Source: a virus
Lineage: Duplodnaviria > Heunggongvirae > Uroviricota > Caudoviricetes
Direction: 5' to 3' (one strand)
IMG/VR virus record: IMGVR_UViG_2534682255_000011
Span: 1 to 8,036 of that record
DNA length: 8,036 bases
Below the pieces are notes generated by a model that was not told where the DNA came from, made no database searches, and was given only the letters and a program-made list of their open reading frames with translations. The translations under genes and the position numbers were made by a program. Positions 6,736 to 8,036 of the stretch are shown one piece after another (the first letter of the stretch is position 1; the number at the start of each line of letters is the position of its first letter).

Positions 6736-7208
6736 ATATCGGCCTCATCACAACAGTCAATGACTGCCTTTTCCAGTGTGTCGCGGATCTCATCAACCAC
6801 AATCTGTACTTCATTCAGTTGTGATGCAGTCCACCCCCTGTCCCTCTCCAGCCGGTCAGGCCAGGTTTCCAGTACCTGAACTATCGCTTTCACCACGACA
6901 GAAAAGGACCGCCTGACATCACTGACTGGCACAAGCTGAACAGTTTCATGCTGAAATTTAAGACGCTCGCGCTCGGACTGATACCATGCCTTACGAGCGT
7001 GAGGATCCATATCCTCATCTTCGGAAGATGGTGGTTTTTCCAGCAACGAAGTTATCAAATCCGTCAGGAGATACAGTTTTTTCTTTTCATTACTGCCTGG
7101 TGCAAGAGGAACATCCGCCATTCTGGCGGCAACAGTCTGCCGGTGCAGACCTGAAAGGGCTGCCAGTTGATTAATATTTAACTTCATATTTTTCAGCTCG
7201 CCGTCCAT
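6732..7208 (-). CDS. Terminase small subunit (lambda Nu1-like)
   Basis: The N-terminal KLNINQLAALSGLHRQTVAARMA resembles the Nu1 HTH region (lambda EVNKKQLADIFGASIRTIQNW, from memory). GGAGGG lies 6 nt upstream of the ATG at 7208; an alternative start at 7187 (MKLNIN...) aligns better with lambda. The stop overlaps the terminase large subunit start. Confidence 0.8.
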   Translation of the reverse strand: MDGELKNMKLNINQLAALSGLHRQTVAARMADVPLAPGSNEKKKLYLLTDLITSLLEKPPSSEDEDMDPHARKAWYQSERERLKFQHETVQLVPVSDVRRSFSVVVKAIVQVLETWPDRLERDRGWTASQLNEVQIVVDEIRDTLEKAVIDCCDEADM

Positions 7209-7384
7209 TTACATCCCTCCACATAAACCGCAGAACAGAAGTGACTCTGTTTTTTTGTAAAGAAATGCCGCCATATAAAGATGTCGAACAAAAAACAACC
7301 ACAATCATCATCTTTTTAATACTAACAGCATTAAAAACAACAAGTTACCATCATGATGATGATGACGATAAAATCACAAAAATG

Positions 7385-7420
7385 CGCCTTTTTCCGCGCC
7401 CGCCCGCCCCGTGTTCAGGC
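7385..7420. other. Candidate lambda-type cos site (cosN-like GC-rich core) upstream of the terminase small subunit gene
   Basis: Minus-strand reading gives GGGGCGGGCGGGCGCGGAAAAAGGCGCATTTTTG, resembling the lambda left end GGGCGGCGACCTCGCGGGTTTTCGC (from memory). It lies about 180 bp upstream of the Nu1-like start and is followed by an AT-rich tract. Exact cut positions are not determinable from sequence. Confidence 0.4.
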
Positions 7421-7669
7421 CCACCCCACCAGGAGGACCCGCAAAAATGATAATGGTTATCATTTGCAACAAAATCCAGTTTCTTCCACCATCGCACCGG
7501 ACTGGCGACTATGAGGGGACAACACCGCGCTCCGTTAACGCGGTAAACCCCGGTGTGTATCGTTTTTGATTATCCCCGCACACTCTCGCAGAGGAGTCTC
7601 CCTGTCGGGCTGCGGTCTCTGTTAATGCAGGAATACGGCGACAATACCGCGCATGAATAATAAGGTCGC

Positions 7670-7894
7670 TCAACACACTGGCTGTAATGCAGCGGATACC
7701 ATGCGGCATTTAGCGGCATTCATCGTACACTCAACGGTTAGCTCTTCATTCGTGGCATTCACCTGAAAGGTCCTGGAGTGTAATTGCGTACATTTACCAC
7801 TGAACGAACCTTCAACAAGAACACGACCACGCTGCAAAATACGGAACGGAATTGTTCCCTGAAAAGGCTTTACGGTTACCAATAATTTCTTCAT
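7670..7894 (-). CDS. Hypothetical small protein (74 aa) between the lysis module and cos
   Basis: Track ORF 7670..7912 begins at TTG. The internal ATG at 7894 (MKKLLVTVKPF...) has GGAGAA 5 nt upstream. Four Cys residues; no recognisable family. Confidence 0.4.
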   Translation of the reverse strand: MKKLLVTVKPFQGTIPFRILQRGRVLVEGSFSGKCTQLHSRTFQVNATNEELTVECTMNAAKCRMVSAALQPVC

Positions 7895-7917
7895 GCATTC
7901 TCCGAATAACAAAAATA

Positions 7918-8036
7918 CTAGTTAATACACTGAGTGCGGATATATTCCTGAAGCATTCTCAATGCTGCCTGGTCGCTGATGATTCCGTCTCTGATACCGA
8001 GAACGTTTCGTCCAGCAACCGGAGAGAGTTCGACGG
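7918..8036 (-). CDS. Rz-like i-spanin, C-terminal fragment (partial; start beyond window end)
   Basis: Minus-strand frame is open from the window end to TAG at 7918-7920. The C-terminus ...AALRMLQEYIRTQCIN resembles the lambda Rz C-terminus ...QKQLEGTQKYINEQCR (from memory). Its position just upstream of cos and Nu1 is as expected for a lambdoid late region. Confidence 0.45.
   Translation of the reverse strand, partial: VELSPVAGRNVLGIRDGIISDQAALRMLQEYIRTQCIN

Noticed and set aside
6948-7174. Plus-strand ORFs 6948..7154 and 6986..7174
   Set aside because: They are antisense to the well-supported terminase small subunit frame.
7241-7450. Plus-strand ORF 7241..7450 encoding ...HHDDDDDK... (catcatgatgatgatgacgataaa), which superficially resembles a His plus enterokinase-site tag
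   Set aside because: It lies in the AT-rich cos-flanking intergenic region and spans the cosN-like core. There are no other vector hallmarks; the repeat is best explained as low-complexity cos-flanking DNA, possibly terminase or IHF binding sequence.
7509-7709. Minus-strand ORF 7509..7709 (66 aa)
   Set aside because: It lies in the region between the small ORF and cos, has no RBS and overlaps the better-supported 7670..7894 ORF end.
7921-8036. Possible embedded Rz1 (o-spanin) within the Rz-like fragment
   Set aside because: Neither alternative frame in the visible fragment shows a proline-rich lipoprotein-like sequence. Any Rz1 probably lies upstream, outside the window.

Overview
The window spans a junction between two mobile-DNA modules, with almost every gene on the minus strand. 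Right side (about 5728-8036): the lysis-to-packaging region of a lambdoid prophage, reading Rz-like spanin C-terminus, a small ORF, a lambda-type cos region, terminase small subunit (Nu1-like), and a terminase large subunit (gpA-like) that stops after 335 codons, about half the length of lambda gpA. Left side (1 to about 5727): a P4/PICI-like integrative element, reading tyrosine integrase, AlpA-family regulator, terminator, Bro-N protein, a regulatory region with three palindromic operator-like sites and a divergent small RHH-like gene, then a tightly coupled operon of five small ORFs leading into a P4-family primase/helicase that runs off the window start. The best-supported interpretation is that this element sits inside, or is fused to, the prophage terminase large subunit gene. 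No tRNA, rRNA, CRISPR array or transposase was recognised. All assignments rest on reading the translations and motifs by eye; no database search was run.
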